This document shows positions 26,120-39,200 of a stretch of 64,000 bases of DNA, one piece after another; the first letter of the stretch is position 1, and each line of letters starts with the position of its first letter. The stretch is taken from NCBI GenBank assembly GCA_043228905.1, contig JBHGNT010000006.1, positions 16,306,001 through 16,370,000 on the forward strand, read 5' to 3'. The translations under genes and the position numbers were made by a program. The notes beneath the pieces are model-generated. The model was not told the DNA's origin. It did no database searches and worked only from the letters and a program-made list of their open reading frames with translations. This DNA comes from Azolla caroliniana (taxonomy: Eukaryota > Plantae > Polypodiophyta).

Positions 26120-29100
26120 ATGTTCCTGAAGCTTTTACGCAGAAGTAGCAGAAGAAGACTGTGTCGATCCTTCTCCACCACACTAGCTTCTTCAACAAAC
26201 TTCTTCCGTATCCCCACCACGTCGGTCTCGCATCTGGTTGCTAAGAGAGAGCGCATAATAAATTCCAGAAATTTCAGTCTATGTTCAGCCCGAAGCTTGA
26301 GATTCTCTGATCGCAAGAAGATTCCTCTCTATGTAGAGAGAAACCTTTCAGCTTCTCTTTCAACGAAAGAAAATGATGGTGATACTCACAGTCCTCGTGA
26401 TGTGATCCACCGTATTTCCTTGCCTCAAGGAGGAAAAGAGCATTGCCTGCAAGCAGGACGAATTGCCAATTCTTTTCCGGAAACAGAAGGAAAGAGAGAA
26501 ACTTGTTTAAGATTGGAAGGAGGTGAAAGAGAGTCTTTCTCAAAATCAGAAGGAGAAGAAGAGTTGTTTTCCAGTCTTGAGGCTGATGATGATACTAGTT
26601 TGACGTCAAACATAGAGGAGGATAATGAGGAGACAGATATCACCAATTCTGATCCTGATGAAGTGGATAAAGATGAAAAGGAATATGACGAAGGTGATGG
26701 AGTTGACATGACCAATGTCTCAGAAGACTTGAAGGTAGAGAAGAGATAAAAAGCTAAAAAGTAAAGAAAAACCATAATGTTTTAGAAATAATGCTAGATG
26801 TTTAGGAAATCGAAGTCTTTGAATCTCGACGGGTTGAAGTCGATGATGTAAGGTAGAAAAGAAAGAAAACTTAAATGTTCAGTAAGCAAAGCTAGAACGG
26901 GTTACAGAACAAACTGAAATGTTAGGGAAAGAAAGTTAGAATGTTATATAAAACAAATTGGAATGATTAAGGAAGAAAACTCCACTCTGTAGACTCCATG
27001 TAATGGGGTATGTGGAGTCGGTGATTGCTACAATCACTATTGTAGGGAAGTGGGGATTTATTATTCAATATGATAAGAAATACTTCGTAAAACATTCTGT
27101 ACCGTGTTTTAGTTGTCCTAATGAATGGTGCATGGTCAATGAAGCTACAGAAACTGGAATACTGAACTAATAGCTCATTTCTTGAAATTTCATAGCTTGT
27201 GTATGTAATCATCTCATAGTTTTTGGGGACCTCATTCTTGGTTGTATGAATTGAAATGATGATGGACACATTAGTCTTTGAATGTAATTGTGTAGTTGAA
27301 GTCTTTTTAAAAGAGTTTCTCATGGGATATATGAAAATGGGCCATCTCTGGGGTGTCGAACTTGCACAAGACGATGATCCTCTGTTGTGATCAAGGGTAG
27401 TTTTGACCTTGATTTCTTTCGTTATTTCTCCTTTCCATCACGTGCAAGTTCCTCTGGATGAATGATTTATGCTTCAATCAACGTGGTGTCATGTTTACTG
27501 CATTCATTTGAGTTTCTTTGAAAGTTAACAGAATTCATATTACAGTTGCATGATACCTCTTTTCTGTAAAACTGAAGTTACAGCCAACATTTTCGCATAT
27601 ATATGCAAGTCCTATAGCCGCTAGAACAATTCTGGAAAGTTACTGTAGTATAGTACTTTCTATGTGATATTAATTTGTATGTTAAGTGATATTATGATGT
27701 TTATGTAGTTTGCACTTTTTTAATGTTAAGCTTGCAAATGTTCTGAAAGGAAATGCTTCAAGAGGGATATCTGATAGAAAGCATAGAAGATGATGGTTTT
27801 GCAAATGAAGGAGTTGCGGAATTACTGACTATAGAAGAGATTAAGCAAGTGCTAGAAGAAGTTCGTGCAAGAGATGTGCAGATTTTCCCTGTCAGTGATC
27901 GATGTGAATGGACTGATACAATGATTGTTGCTACTGGTATATCTGATAGGCATGTTCGTGGCATTGCTGATGCTCTAGTTTTCAAGGTGAATGATACTGG
28001 CATACATATGCGTGAGATATTATAAAACATAAAAATGCTTGCAAAATCCAAGGTTTTTTTCTCTTGACATGTTTCAAGACATTTCATTTCTGACTGATAA
28101 TACACACCCAAATATACATATATTGTGAACATGTAAGTTTTGCTAATAATGAGGAAGTGGATGTTTGAAGCTTAGTTGATGGTTGATACATTAGAGCTTT
28201 GTTGATTGTTACATACCATTTTCTAAATGGTTTTATTGAAAATGGTTACTTATCTTTGTTTCTCCTTCCAGGAGGTTCTATGTACACCCCTTCTGGTGAT
28301 CATAAATAGGCCATCCATTCTAAGCACTTTTATTGAGAAAAGATAAATCATCTGTGGGTAAACATTATTCTCTTCATAGATCGTATCAATGGGTACATTC
28401 AAGGGTAACTATGCATCCATTGCCCCTTGTAGTTACTTACATTTACATCGACATCAAATGGGGGTGTGAATGATATGCGTGATAACACAGAGTTATTAGA
28501 AGAGGATTCATACCTTCGTAAATTTGATAGGATTATGTAACCCAATTTCTTAACTCATGCAGAGAACTCATGCTCATTAAAGTGATCAAATACTAACCTT
28601 TTTCTCTCTTAAGTATGAAGGAATCCACACCATGATTCTAGGACAAAGAGCATCACATAAGGATGATTTTTATTTTTGAAAATTTTCTAATCTTAAGAAC
28701 AGAAATTCTAAAACATCTCTAGATAGCTCTGATGTAATGGTTTCAGATTCTGATGGTTGTGTTGGAGGATATAATGCATGCCTCAAATAGGTGTAACAGA
28801 TATTCAAAGGGTTTTAGCATCTTTCCTACATGGTTCGTGGCATACAGCCAAGGGATATACATAATTTCTTTTCTTTTCTCTTTTTCTTGCAAATGCTGGG
28901 ATTCTATCTTTTTTTATATGTAGTGCAATAAGAACTCGTTGATTCCCATTGTTTCTTGCAGTTCTTATTTTCCATTGTTTTTAGGAGTTGTGAAATAAGA
29001 AATGCAAGAAACAATGGGAAGCAACGAGTTCTTATTTCACTACTCCTAAAAGAAATAATGATTTTCATTGGTTATGTTTTGGTACAGATAAAGAAGAAAG

Positions 29101-31541
29101 GACAAGTTGAACCCCCCTTGTATCCAACCATAGAGGGGCAAGTAGGAGGAAAATGGTTGGTGGTGGATTGTGGTGAGATGATATATTGGTGTGGTTTATT
29201 TGGATGGGTGAAAGAGCTGAATGTGTCTAGATTAACGTTTCTGCTTTACGTCGGTTTTGATAGGAAATATTATCATTCACATCCTCGATGAAGAGTCAAG
29301 AGAATATTATAAGCTAGAAGACATGTGGACTGGATCTGTGAGGTCTTCAACAGCAGATGAGGTACTGGTACTCTTTTTGTTGTAGACTATAATGTACTAC
29401 ATTTTAACCTTTCCTCGTTTCTTCTCCTACTTTTTGTAAGAGAAAATGCCTAAAGGGTTTTGAACCAGAGTTGTGAAAGTGCTGAAAGGTTTTGAATAGA
29501 TTGCGCAAGTATCATATAATCCATAAGCCTTGGCATTTCCTTGTCGCTCTTGAAGAATTTCAGAGTGTGGTAAAAGTTTCTTTCAACCCTTGTAAAGGGT
29601 TGATGAAAATCTATGCTCCTTGGAGCTGACTTTTCATTTTTCTTTCAACCCTTAGAAAGGGCTGATAAAAACAATCTTCCTTATAATCAACTTCTCATTC
29701 TAAATTACATATAACATCCATGTTTACATAATCTATCTCCAAATTCCTGTCTAACCATCTACTTCTATGTAATTATGTATGTCATGTGCAGATGTGTGTA
29801 TAATCTATGCTCCTTGGAGCTGACTTCTCATTTTTCTTTCAACCCTTGGAAAAGGCTGATAAAAACAACCTTCCTTATAATCAACTTCTCATTTAGCATA
29901 GGTTTCTATATTCCATATAACATCCATGTTTACATAATCTACCTCCAAATTCCTGTCTAACCATCTACTTCTATGTAATTATGTATGTCATGTGCAGATG
30001 TGTCTATAATTATTTTCTTGATACAATTTTAGTATGTGCTTGTACATGTAATTTCAATTTATATAATTATATAAGATTAATGGGATGGGTAAAGTCATAA
30101 AAATAATTAAATGTAGTCACAAGAGTTCGAGATATTCTTTCGCTAGAAAACTTGAAGATAGAGCATAGGAATGCTCTTCAATATCTAGGGAAGCCTAAAA
30201 GAATGTGAAGACTGGGTTAAAACTTTGAATGACGAGCTTGACCATAGTGAAGTGTTTTAAGGTCTTGATATTACCCAATGAGGTAGCTACTGCAGAAGTG
30301 TTTGAGAGGCTAGTATTAGTCTAGAAAAAGTTCTCCAACTTTTTTCTCCAACTTCTTTGTTCTTTGTTGATGAGCTTGTGTGGTTGTATTGTTCTCCAAC
30401 TTCTTCCATGTGTCTTGAGTTCTAGCAAGAATAATCCCAAGCACCATTGGTCCTCATATTCCATTACCTAACATAGTGGGCCAAATGATTGATTAAACAG
30501 GCAATGGTATCTCCCTCTTATTTCATAAAAAACAGTATTAGCAAATATAGTGTTCTTCAGATTCTACTCCTCGATAAGAGGATTGGTGGATTCTTTCTGG
30601 AAAATGTGTGTATGTATCTGCCTACCTCAATCTTTAACTGATGTGAAGAGGTCTACCACACTGTGCAATGCATGTGTAGAGATCGAGACAAGAATGGGGT
30701 GCCAAATAGAAATTGAAATCAACTTTAAAATATGTTAGGGTTAATAATCTCTATATTATTGAAGTACCCAATGAGCTGTTAAACCAACACATGCTTGTGG
30801 TTTAAGTCGTTTAAGCTGTGCTTTCAAGCATGATAAACCAAACTAAACCAAACTGTTTTCCAGTCTTTTAACTTAAAGTGAACTGAACAGAACCGTTTAA
30901 GCTGTTAAGCTATTAAGTCACAGTTTCATGGTTTGGTTTTTGCTCTAACCGAACTGTTACCGATTACTACAGACATACATAGACATGTTTATACATGCTG
31001 CATATATAACATATATATATACGATTACATACACATATCTATGATATATTCACACCAGATGAGGGACAATGAGGAAATCCAATTTGATGGTGCAAAACTA
31101 TATAGATTTTCTGACTGATAAAAACATATACTATCCCTTCTTAATTTAATGGCAACAACCCATTAGAAATACTACATACAGAAGACCTAGTAAAACTAAT
31201 AAAGAATGGAACAGACCCAATGCATTAACAATACAAATAGAACTCCAAATGTAATCCATGGATGGTAGACAGTACGAATACAAATTTCTGATGAGATTTC
31301 AGGTAACGGAGAGTGGCTAGCATAATTTGTCCTGAGAGAGACTTCTTGTTAGCTTACATTTGTTCTTGATTGTGATACATGTATTTATCAGGTTTCTAAA
31401 TTCAGTTTTTACTCTTTCACTATTCTATGCACCTGCACAGGCATTGAGTGAGGATTTTACATCTGTGATGGTTTATTTATTTCTTTGCAGGATTTGCAAA
31501 CTATGCTTAAGAAAGCTGGCTTTAAGGATCCTAATTATTAG
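26120..31541 (+). CDS. Iojap-related / ribosomal silencing factor RsfS (MALSU1-like), probably mitochondrial; exons 26120-26734, 27750-27986, 29088-29172, 29264-29361, 31491-31541 (~361 aa)
   Basis: RsfS motifs EVRARDVQIFPV..MIVATG.SDRHV, WLVVDCGNIIIHILDEESREYYKLEDMW; phase-compatible GT-AG introns; Arg/Ser-rich N-terminus. The exon 1-2 join and exon 5 are less certain. Confidence 0.88.
29608..30009. repeat. Intronic tandem duplication, 2 copies of ~194-208 bp
   Basis: AATCTATGCTCCTTGGAGCTGAC begins at both 29608 and 29802 and the units align to their ends. Confidence 0.9.
30775..30965. repeat. Possible decayed MITE remnant in intron 4
   Basis: Cluster of AAACC/GGTTT and GTTTAAGCTGT motifs in both orientations; no clear TIR or TSD. 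Confidence 0.3.
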
Positions 31542-33732
31542 AACAGAAGTGATATTTAGTACTATCTGTCCTTGTTGAAGCTAGTACAGTAATTATTTGG
31601 GGGAAATAAGGATTAAAGAATATTGCGCAAAGTCTAGGGGCATGGATGCAAATCACGACGTCCCTGGTCTGCCATTTTTTGGAAAAATTCTCAGTCTTTT
31701 GTGGACGGTTTTCATTCTTTTCTTACCCTTCCATAGAAAATGGAGAGACGCATGTGGTACAGTAGATGAACACCAGAAAAATTGAACTGCCAATTTTTCT
31801 TGTCTGTGCTCATGGGTGAATATCCTATTCTAGTGCACAAAAAGGTTACCATTTCTATTTCAAGTTTATTTGATCTATGGCTTATACTCACCTTTCTAAA
31901 AGTGAGAAAGTGGCATTGGTATAAAACAAAATACCAAAATCTCCCAGGATACTTTGGTTTAATAGTGAAATACTAACTATTGGAAACTTGCACTATGTAT
32001 GGTGTCTGACTGATTAAAAAGAATGTTGCTGTTGCGTCCCTAAATAGCCAATTTATTATCCAGACTTCTCATTTGAATCCAAGTGCCTGTTTTTTGATGA
32101 TTATAATGATCTCTTTTTTGGCTGCTTTACATATTCAGTGAATCAGTCAAATTAGCAAACACAATTAGATACAAAGGATGTCATGTAATTGGAGCATTTC
32201 TTTTGAATCGCACTTAAGATTCTAGCCCATTATTTCATTACGGATATGGATCTAGTGAGTTGGTCTCTTCATATGTCTCCAGTATGTGCTTTCACCTATA
32301 TCTGGTTGGCTAAATTGCATTCATTTAATTTATTCATGTTGTCTGTGTCAAACAAAGAACCTGGTTTATTTTGGAACCATAAATGTATGGTAAGAAATGC
32401 GTTGGTCTGAGACCACAACAGATTGGTTGCATTAATGGTGGAAAACATGAAAAATCAAATTACAAGGTGGGCTATGTAGAGGGGGATGAAAATCTGGAAA
32501 ATCCAATTAAGAGGGTATGTTTGAAATCCTCATCTCTGTCTCTTGAAGTGCGCATTGGAAGAAAACATATGCTAAGTTTCTTGAAGCCCAATTTATAACT
32601 TAAGTTTCTTGGATTTACACGTCTTATGCATATATCTCATTATTCATCCATTCGCATTATGGGAATTTTGACACTATGGATTGAAAAATATAGATCTGGA
32701 CCCAAAGGCATCACACAAGCAATTGTGATATATCTATGAAGATGTAAAATATTAAGATTCCTGAGAAAGCCGTTGTTCCTTCAGACTTTTCCCTAAGCAT
32801 AACCAGCCTAGGCAATTATGACTTATTTATATAGATCAAAACGAAAGATGCCAACTTTACAAACTTTACAAAATCTATTGCTGTCAGTACACCAAGAACA
32901 GTATTTTGTTAGTGCGCTTGGGCACTCAATAGCGAAAAATAGATAATAATGTGATGGCCAACATAGTTCCAGGTTAAAAAGTGTATTTTGTAGATTGTCC
33001 TATACTTTTGCATATGGCCTTGCTTTCTCCTCATCATTGTAAAAACCTTGGCGAGTTAGAGACAGCCAAGGGCTTGCATTGATGTTACACAAAGGTTCAT
33101 AGGGAAACCAGAAAGAAAGATTATATGTAGAGAGCTAAAAAGAGTGAGAATTATCAACATTGATTATGGACGGATTGATAAACAAATGTAGGCTACAATG
33201 CATTAGAATGCATAGGTAAGAAACATATGCATATCAGAACTCAAAATCAGAAACCTCTGGCATGTAAGGAATAATGTCATACATCATATTTGAACTCGCC
33301 CGAAGGATTGAAACATGACCCATTGCGTATCTAACATACATGGAACAAATGCAAACCTATTGGTCAAGGGGTTAAGTTAGATCAAGTGTCTTCTTTGGAA
33401 GTTAAGAGAGCATAATCGGATTTTACATTGACAGGAATTGCTTTATGCTTAAAAGATCTTTCAAAATGGGGCCATTGCCCATGGATAAATAATATGTAAT
33501 GCTTCAACAACCATAATCAGACAAAAGCATGGGTAGTTCTGGAAAGTTTCAAGTTCATAAGATGATTACACAAACGTACTATGAAGAAAAGAGGCCATGA
33601 GCCATTTATTCCTTGTATATTGTAAATGCTTATTACTCTCTTGTTTCAATTAGAGGATGCTTACACATTTAAGTAAATGCCTTGGCTGCTTATTGAACCA
33701 TGAATGCTGTAAGGCCTCAAAACTCTGTGGTT

Positions 33733-35163
33733 CTAGCTACTCTTCTTTTCGGTTCCAGGGGCACCTTTAGGTTGTCCTATCCCTTGGGAAACACTATATT
33801 GTTTCCACAATGGTATTACACCTTGCAAATAATCCATAAACTTCCATAATCCCACCCTCATTTCCACATTACCAAATCTATCAGTCCTTTGTTCGGGGTA
33901 GCCGATACCGCATCCAAACAACCCGGGAGCGATGATACCACAATGAGCATTATAAGAATAATCAGGGGCTAGACCTTCTATACCCTCGGGGATGGGTTTC
34001 CTCTCGAATCCTGTTGCATAGATGACTTTGTTACAATCGGGTAGGAATTTCGCCACGCTTTTGTCGTCGGAGTAAACACGTTGGAGGCGATCTGGCAAAT
34101 CACCATGTAGGTGCTCACGACTCCACCGTGCGGTGTCACCCTTGAGCCCAGTGTCATCAAACAATATCCAATCACCCATGTATAGCGCATAACGAAGAGG
34201 CTCCCGATAAAAATTGATGACCTTCTTGGCTGGTGTGAGTTCAAGGAGATGACGGATGAGCATAACTGCTGAGTGTGAGGATCCGAACACGGCCACGGTG
34301 TCAGAGGAGTGGATTGAGGTGGTGAGGAGGTTGGGGTTAAGGGCGACCGTCATCGGGATGACATCTACTACCGACGGACATCCGAAAGCAGTATGAAACG
34401 GAAGCGTGCGTGGGACGGCACCCGTGGCAAGGACAACATTGGCAGCTGAGATTAGGGATGTCGATATCGAATCCGAGGTGGTGCTGGAAGGGGTGCTAAT
34501 GTTAAGAGTGCATTCCCAAGCCGCATTTCTCTCCTTGAGGTGTTGTACAGTTGCTTGGAAATTGGGGATTTTGGATCGGAGTACTCGTGTAATGTCATGT
34601 AGGGGCTCAGCTGCCACATCCAGCAAACATGTGTGTTTTTCAGGGATGGATTGTATGGCATAGGATTTGCTCGTGGCAGACGTAGAGAACTCGAAGGAGC
34701 GGCAATTTTGGTAGAATTTGAGGAAGAGGCCAACAGTAGTGTTGGACGACACATGTTTCCATTTCGTGCCAAAGTCGCCCACATTGAAATTGGGGTCGAT
34801 CCAAGCTATCGACTCGGGAGGCACAGATGAATCTAAGAGTAATCCCACGGTTGCGATGCCTGCAGGGCCCGCACCCACGACACACCATTGGTAAGGATCC
34901 TTCTTGGCAGTAGCAGGGATGGGATCAGAACCGGCCACAGTTTGGTAACTCTTCCACTGCGTCGTAGAAGAGGAGGAAAGGGTTTGGTGGTGGGGGTGGG
35001 CATCGGAATTAGTAGCAGAATCCGCCATGGTAAAGATGGGTGAATTGCTGCTGCTACTGTTGCTGTTGGTGTTGGCGAGAAAGAAGGAGAGGGGGTGGGT
35101 GAAGAAGAAAGAAGAAGAAGAAGGGGATTTGTTGGGGATGGCTCTTCTGAGGGCGCGCTTCAT
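33733..35163 (-). CDS. Intronless FAD/NAD(P)-dependent oxidoreductase (pyridine nucleotide-disulfide oxidoreductase-like fold), 476 aa, with N-terminal extension
   Basis: Intact ORF; VVGAGPAG Rossmann motif, VVLATG, second dinucleotide motif VAVFGSSHSA, VIYATGF, GLFGCGIGYP. Confidence 0.92.
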   Translation of the reverse strand: MKRALRRAIPNKSPSSSSFFFTHPLSFFLANTNSNSSSSNSPIFTMADSATNSDAHPHHQTLSSSSTTQWKSYQTVAGSDPIPATAKKDPYQWCVVGAGPAGIATVGLLLDSSVPPESIAWIDPNFNVGDFGTKWKHVSSNTTVGLFLKFYQNCRSFEFSTSATSKSYAIQSIPEKHTCLLDVAAEPLHDITRVLRSKIPNFQATVQHLKERNAAWECTLNISTPSSTTSDSISTSLISAANVVLATGAVPRTLPFHTAFGCPSVVDVIPMTVALNPNLLTTSIHSSDTVAVFGSSHSAVMLIRHLLELTPAKKVINFYREPLRYALYMGDWILFDDTGLKGDTARWSREHLHGDLPDRLQRVYSDDKSVAKFLPDCNKVIYATGFERKPIPEGIEGLAPDYSYNAHCGIIAPGLFGCGIGYPEQRTDRFGNVEMRVGLWKFMDYLQGVIPLWKQYSVSQGIGQPKGAPGTEKKSS

Positions 35164-35561
35164 AGCTACCTTCCAAATGTTTCTTCCTTTTAATTTATAT
35201 TCTTCTTCTTCTTAGGAGACTTAGGAGACTTAGGAGACCCGGGGGGAGAGGCTTAAAAGAGGGAGGAGGTGAAAAAGAAGAAGGAAGCTTCCATTGCACC
35301 TTCTCTTTCCTCTTGTCTCAATACCTCCATACCACACACTATGTACTTATATATAACCAAACCAAACACACAATACGAAGGAAACAAAAAGGAAGTGGAC
35401 ACCACTACAACAACAATAAAACAAACATGCACGCATTAACAACCATAAACTATGTATACAAATTTACAGTATATGTATGTTAGTTATGCACACTCATGTT
35501 CTTCTACATGGTGATTGTTGGTTTCGATGCGATGGGAAACCAGGGGGCCATCCCCTCTTTG

Positions 35562-35598
<37 letters not shown>

Positions 35599-35977
35599 AA
35601 AACTACGGGCCAAACTATTTGCTTCTCTCAAACTATAAAAAGAGAGAAGACAAATAAATTATTTACTACCTCCCCTCCCCTCCCCTCCCCTCCCCTCCCC
35701 TCCCTATTGACATTGATATTGTGTTTCACTCCTTGGATTGTCCAAAGTGGCAAATTGAACCATTTCTCCATAGTTAATCTTATGATGAGTACATTTGGTT
35801 AATTCTGAAAAGAATGAAGGTATGAATTGGATTATAGTTATGAAGTGTAAGTTAATTGTTAAGTGTGTTATTACTTGACCACTTCACATGAAGTAATCAA
35901 TTGTAAACACACTAGGGCCTAGGGATCTACCTATATAAGAAGGCTAGCTACCTTCTTCTCGAAGTATGCTTCACTGA

Positions 35978-36261
35978 TGTTGAGCCTATGTTAACGTGGC
36001 TATGACTCTTATTAGCTGAGGATATGTGATCCAGGTGGAACCCAAGGTACGACTCACATTAACCCAGAACGATTGTCTAGTATGGAACAAAACCAACACT
36101 CTTCTAATGAAGATATTTAAGTAGACAACATATACAAGATGTAATAATAGATTGAATACCAACATGAACTAGGTTACAAAAGTCAGTTTAAATACTAATT
36201 GACTTAGGGCATCTGCCCTTTCCACTATTTATAGATATATAGCCTAAACCTTGTCTGTCGA
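35978..36261. repeat. Probable truncated LTR fragment
   Basis: Begins TGTTGAG and has a minus-strand TATAAATA at ~36226-36233 like other LTRs here; no partner found. Confidence 0.35.
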
Positions 36262-36266
36262 ATGGG

Positions 36267-39200
36267 TGATGGGATTAGCTCCCTTCTAATCGTGAGAAAA
36301 ACCGACTGTGGAATATACAATATCGTGGAGACAGAAACACAACAAATACACGAATACACAGTTTTACGTGGAAACACTAAATGGGGAAAACCACTGGAAT
36401 AGAGATTCCACTATACACAAGAGAGTACAGAAAAACGGTTACAATCTTCTCTGACACACACAAAGGATAACCCGATTAGGATTCTTAGCAAGTTCGCTGA
36501 ACTTTGCCGCCGCTCACACACACACTCACTTCTCAACTCACGACACACTACTGGTTTGCCCTAGATGTATTTATACCCATACATCATATGGGCTATTTAC
36601 AAATGTAGCCCCTACTACACATCACTACTATTATTATCTATAATAACAAGTAGCCAGTCATCAGCCGACTCTAGTGTCGACTGTCCAGTCGGTCCGACTA
36701 GTCGGCCTTGTCATCGACCATCCGGTCGGCCCGACTAGTCGGTCGTGTCTTCAACCTGAATCTCCTTCCTGTCGGCTCATCCAGTCGACTCTCACAATCG
36801 ACTTTCTCGCAGTAGACTCTTCAACCATCGGCACTCTGTCCCAACAGTTGGCTCCTCCTTGTGTTCGACTATCGGCACTTCTTGGCCCAAACAGTCGGCT
36901 CCTCCCACTGGAAGGACATATTCCCAACAAACTCCCCTTTCACTCCAATGGGTGGGAGTCAGTCAGTCCCGTCTTCTGTTGACATACTCCGAGTCTATCC
37001 ATTGGTAGGTTCTTCGTGAGCATGTCGGATCCATTGTCATCGGTATGGATCTTCACGAGGGAAAACTCTCCTTCATCTACCTTCTCTCGCAACCAGTGAT
37101 ACCTCCTTTGTATATGCTTGGTTTGAGAGTGGTATGCAACGTTCTTTGCAAGATGTACAACACTCTGATTATCACAGTGGAGCAAAAATTCTTCTTGCTT
37201 CATCCCTAGTTCATGGAGGAAACTCTTCATCTAAATCAGCTCCTTGCCGGCCTCTACCGCTGCCATATATTCTGCCTATGTGGTCGACAAGGCCATAGAA
37301 CTCTATAGTTGTGACTACCATGACACTGCTCCCCCTACATAGGTCGTCACGTACCTTGACGTGGATCGACTCGAGTTTGCATCCCCCAACATGTCCGAAT
37401 CGGTAAACCCTTCGAGCATGGGTTTTCTGATGCCATACCTTAGGGATACCCCCAAGGTGCCTTTTAAGTACCAGAGTATCCACTTCACTGCTGCCTAGTG
37501 TTCTCATCCTGGATTACTCATATATCGGCTTACTATTCCCACAACAAATGTTATGCCTGGTCTTGTGCAGACCATAGCGTATGTTAAACTACCGACAGTT
37601 GAGACATCTGGTACTTTCTTCATCTCAGCCTTTCCTTTCTCCCCTCTCGGGCATTGCTTAGCATTTAACTTGCAGTTGGTCGACAACACAGAGCCGACCG
37701 GTTTTGCTTTCGACATGTTGAACCTGTCTAGGATCTTTGTCACATACTTCTATTGTGACAACCACAACACTTTCTTAGTTCTATCTCGAACTATGTGCAT
37801 CCCCAAGATCTGTTTAGCCGGTCCAAGATCTTTCATGGCAAACGATTTGCCTAGGGCTTTCTTCAAGCTCCCGATCTTCCTTTTGTCTTGACCGACTATC
37901 AACATGTCATCTACATATAATAAGAGAATCAAGAAATCACCTTCTTCGTACCTTTTGACGAACACACAGTGATCAACCTGTGTTTTCTAGAACCGATGTT
38001 CCGTCATGAAGGAATCGACCTTCTTGTACCACTGGCATGGAGCTTGCTTTAGACCATACAAGATTTTCTTCAGTTGACACACTAGGTTCTCTTTCCCCTT
38101 TCTCCTCAAAGCCTTCAAGTTGCTGCATGTAGATCTCTTCATCCAACTCCCCGTGCAAGAATGTCATCTTGACATCCAATTGTTCGATCTCTAGGTCCAT
38201 GCTGGCAACTATGCTCAGAACAGTTTAGATTGATGTCATCTTCACGACTAATGCGAATATCTCATCGATGTCGACACCCGTTTTCTATTGGAACCCCTTC
38301 ACCACTATACAGGCTTTATACCTAGACGCATTGTCGACTTCTCTAGACTTCACCTGATAAACCCATTTGTTCTTGAGTGCTCTCTCACCTTTCGGTAATT
38401 CTACCAGGTCGTAAGAGTAGTTTTCATGCAAGGAGTCCATCTCGTCTTGCATTGCACTCAACCATCTTTCTCTGTGCTTGTCGGTAATGGCTTCGTCATA
38501 ACACTCTAGTTCACCTTCATTAGTCAAGAGGACATATGTATTGACTGGCATATGTTGCCGGTGCTCTTCCCTCTCTGAGAGGATATCTCCTTCCATTCAT
38601 CATTGGCTCCGGATCGGATGTCCTTGCCAAATATTCTCTTGGATTAGGTTCATTCATGTCGATCAGTTGTCGGATGTCCACTGACTCCGATTCGTATTCT
38701 TCGATCGACTTCAATAGTTCTATTGACTCCGACTCATAGGTCGGTTGCTTTGAGTCGACGGACTACAATTCAACTCTTCCATCTAGGTGTCTCTGATTAG
38801 CTGACTGTGTTGGTTCAACTAGTCTTAAGGTGGTAGTCGAGGGCGACTAGGGAGTCAATTCTAACTTCTGTTTCTTCCAGTCCTCAATTGTTTTGTCTTC
38901 CAAGAAAACTAAATCCCAATTCCTCACCACCTTCTTATCGGTTAAGTCCCATAGCCTGTAGCCGATTTCGTTCTCCGAGTATCCCATAAATATGCATGGT
39001 TTCGACTTACTATCAAGCTTCGACCTCTGATCCTTTGCAACATGCATATTATACACTAAGCATCCGAACACCCTCAGGTGTCGGTAGGAGACATCCTTTC
39101 CTGTCCACACCCTTTATGGGACATCACCTTTCAGTGGTACTGAGGGGGACCTGTTGATAAGGTAAACCGTTGTCTACATCGCCTCTGCCCAATGTGCTGA

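Noticed and set aside
31597-33700. Short ORFs between the two host genes
   Set aside because: AT-rich 3' UTR/intergenic sequence without recognisable motifs.
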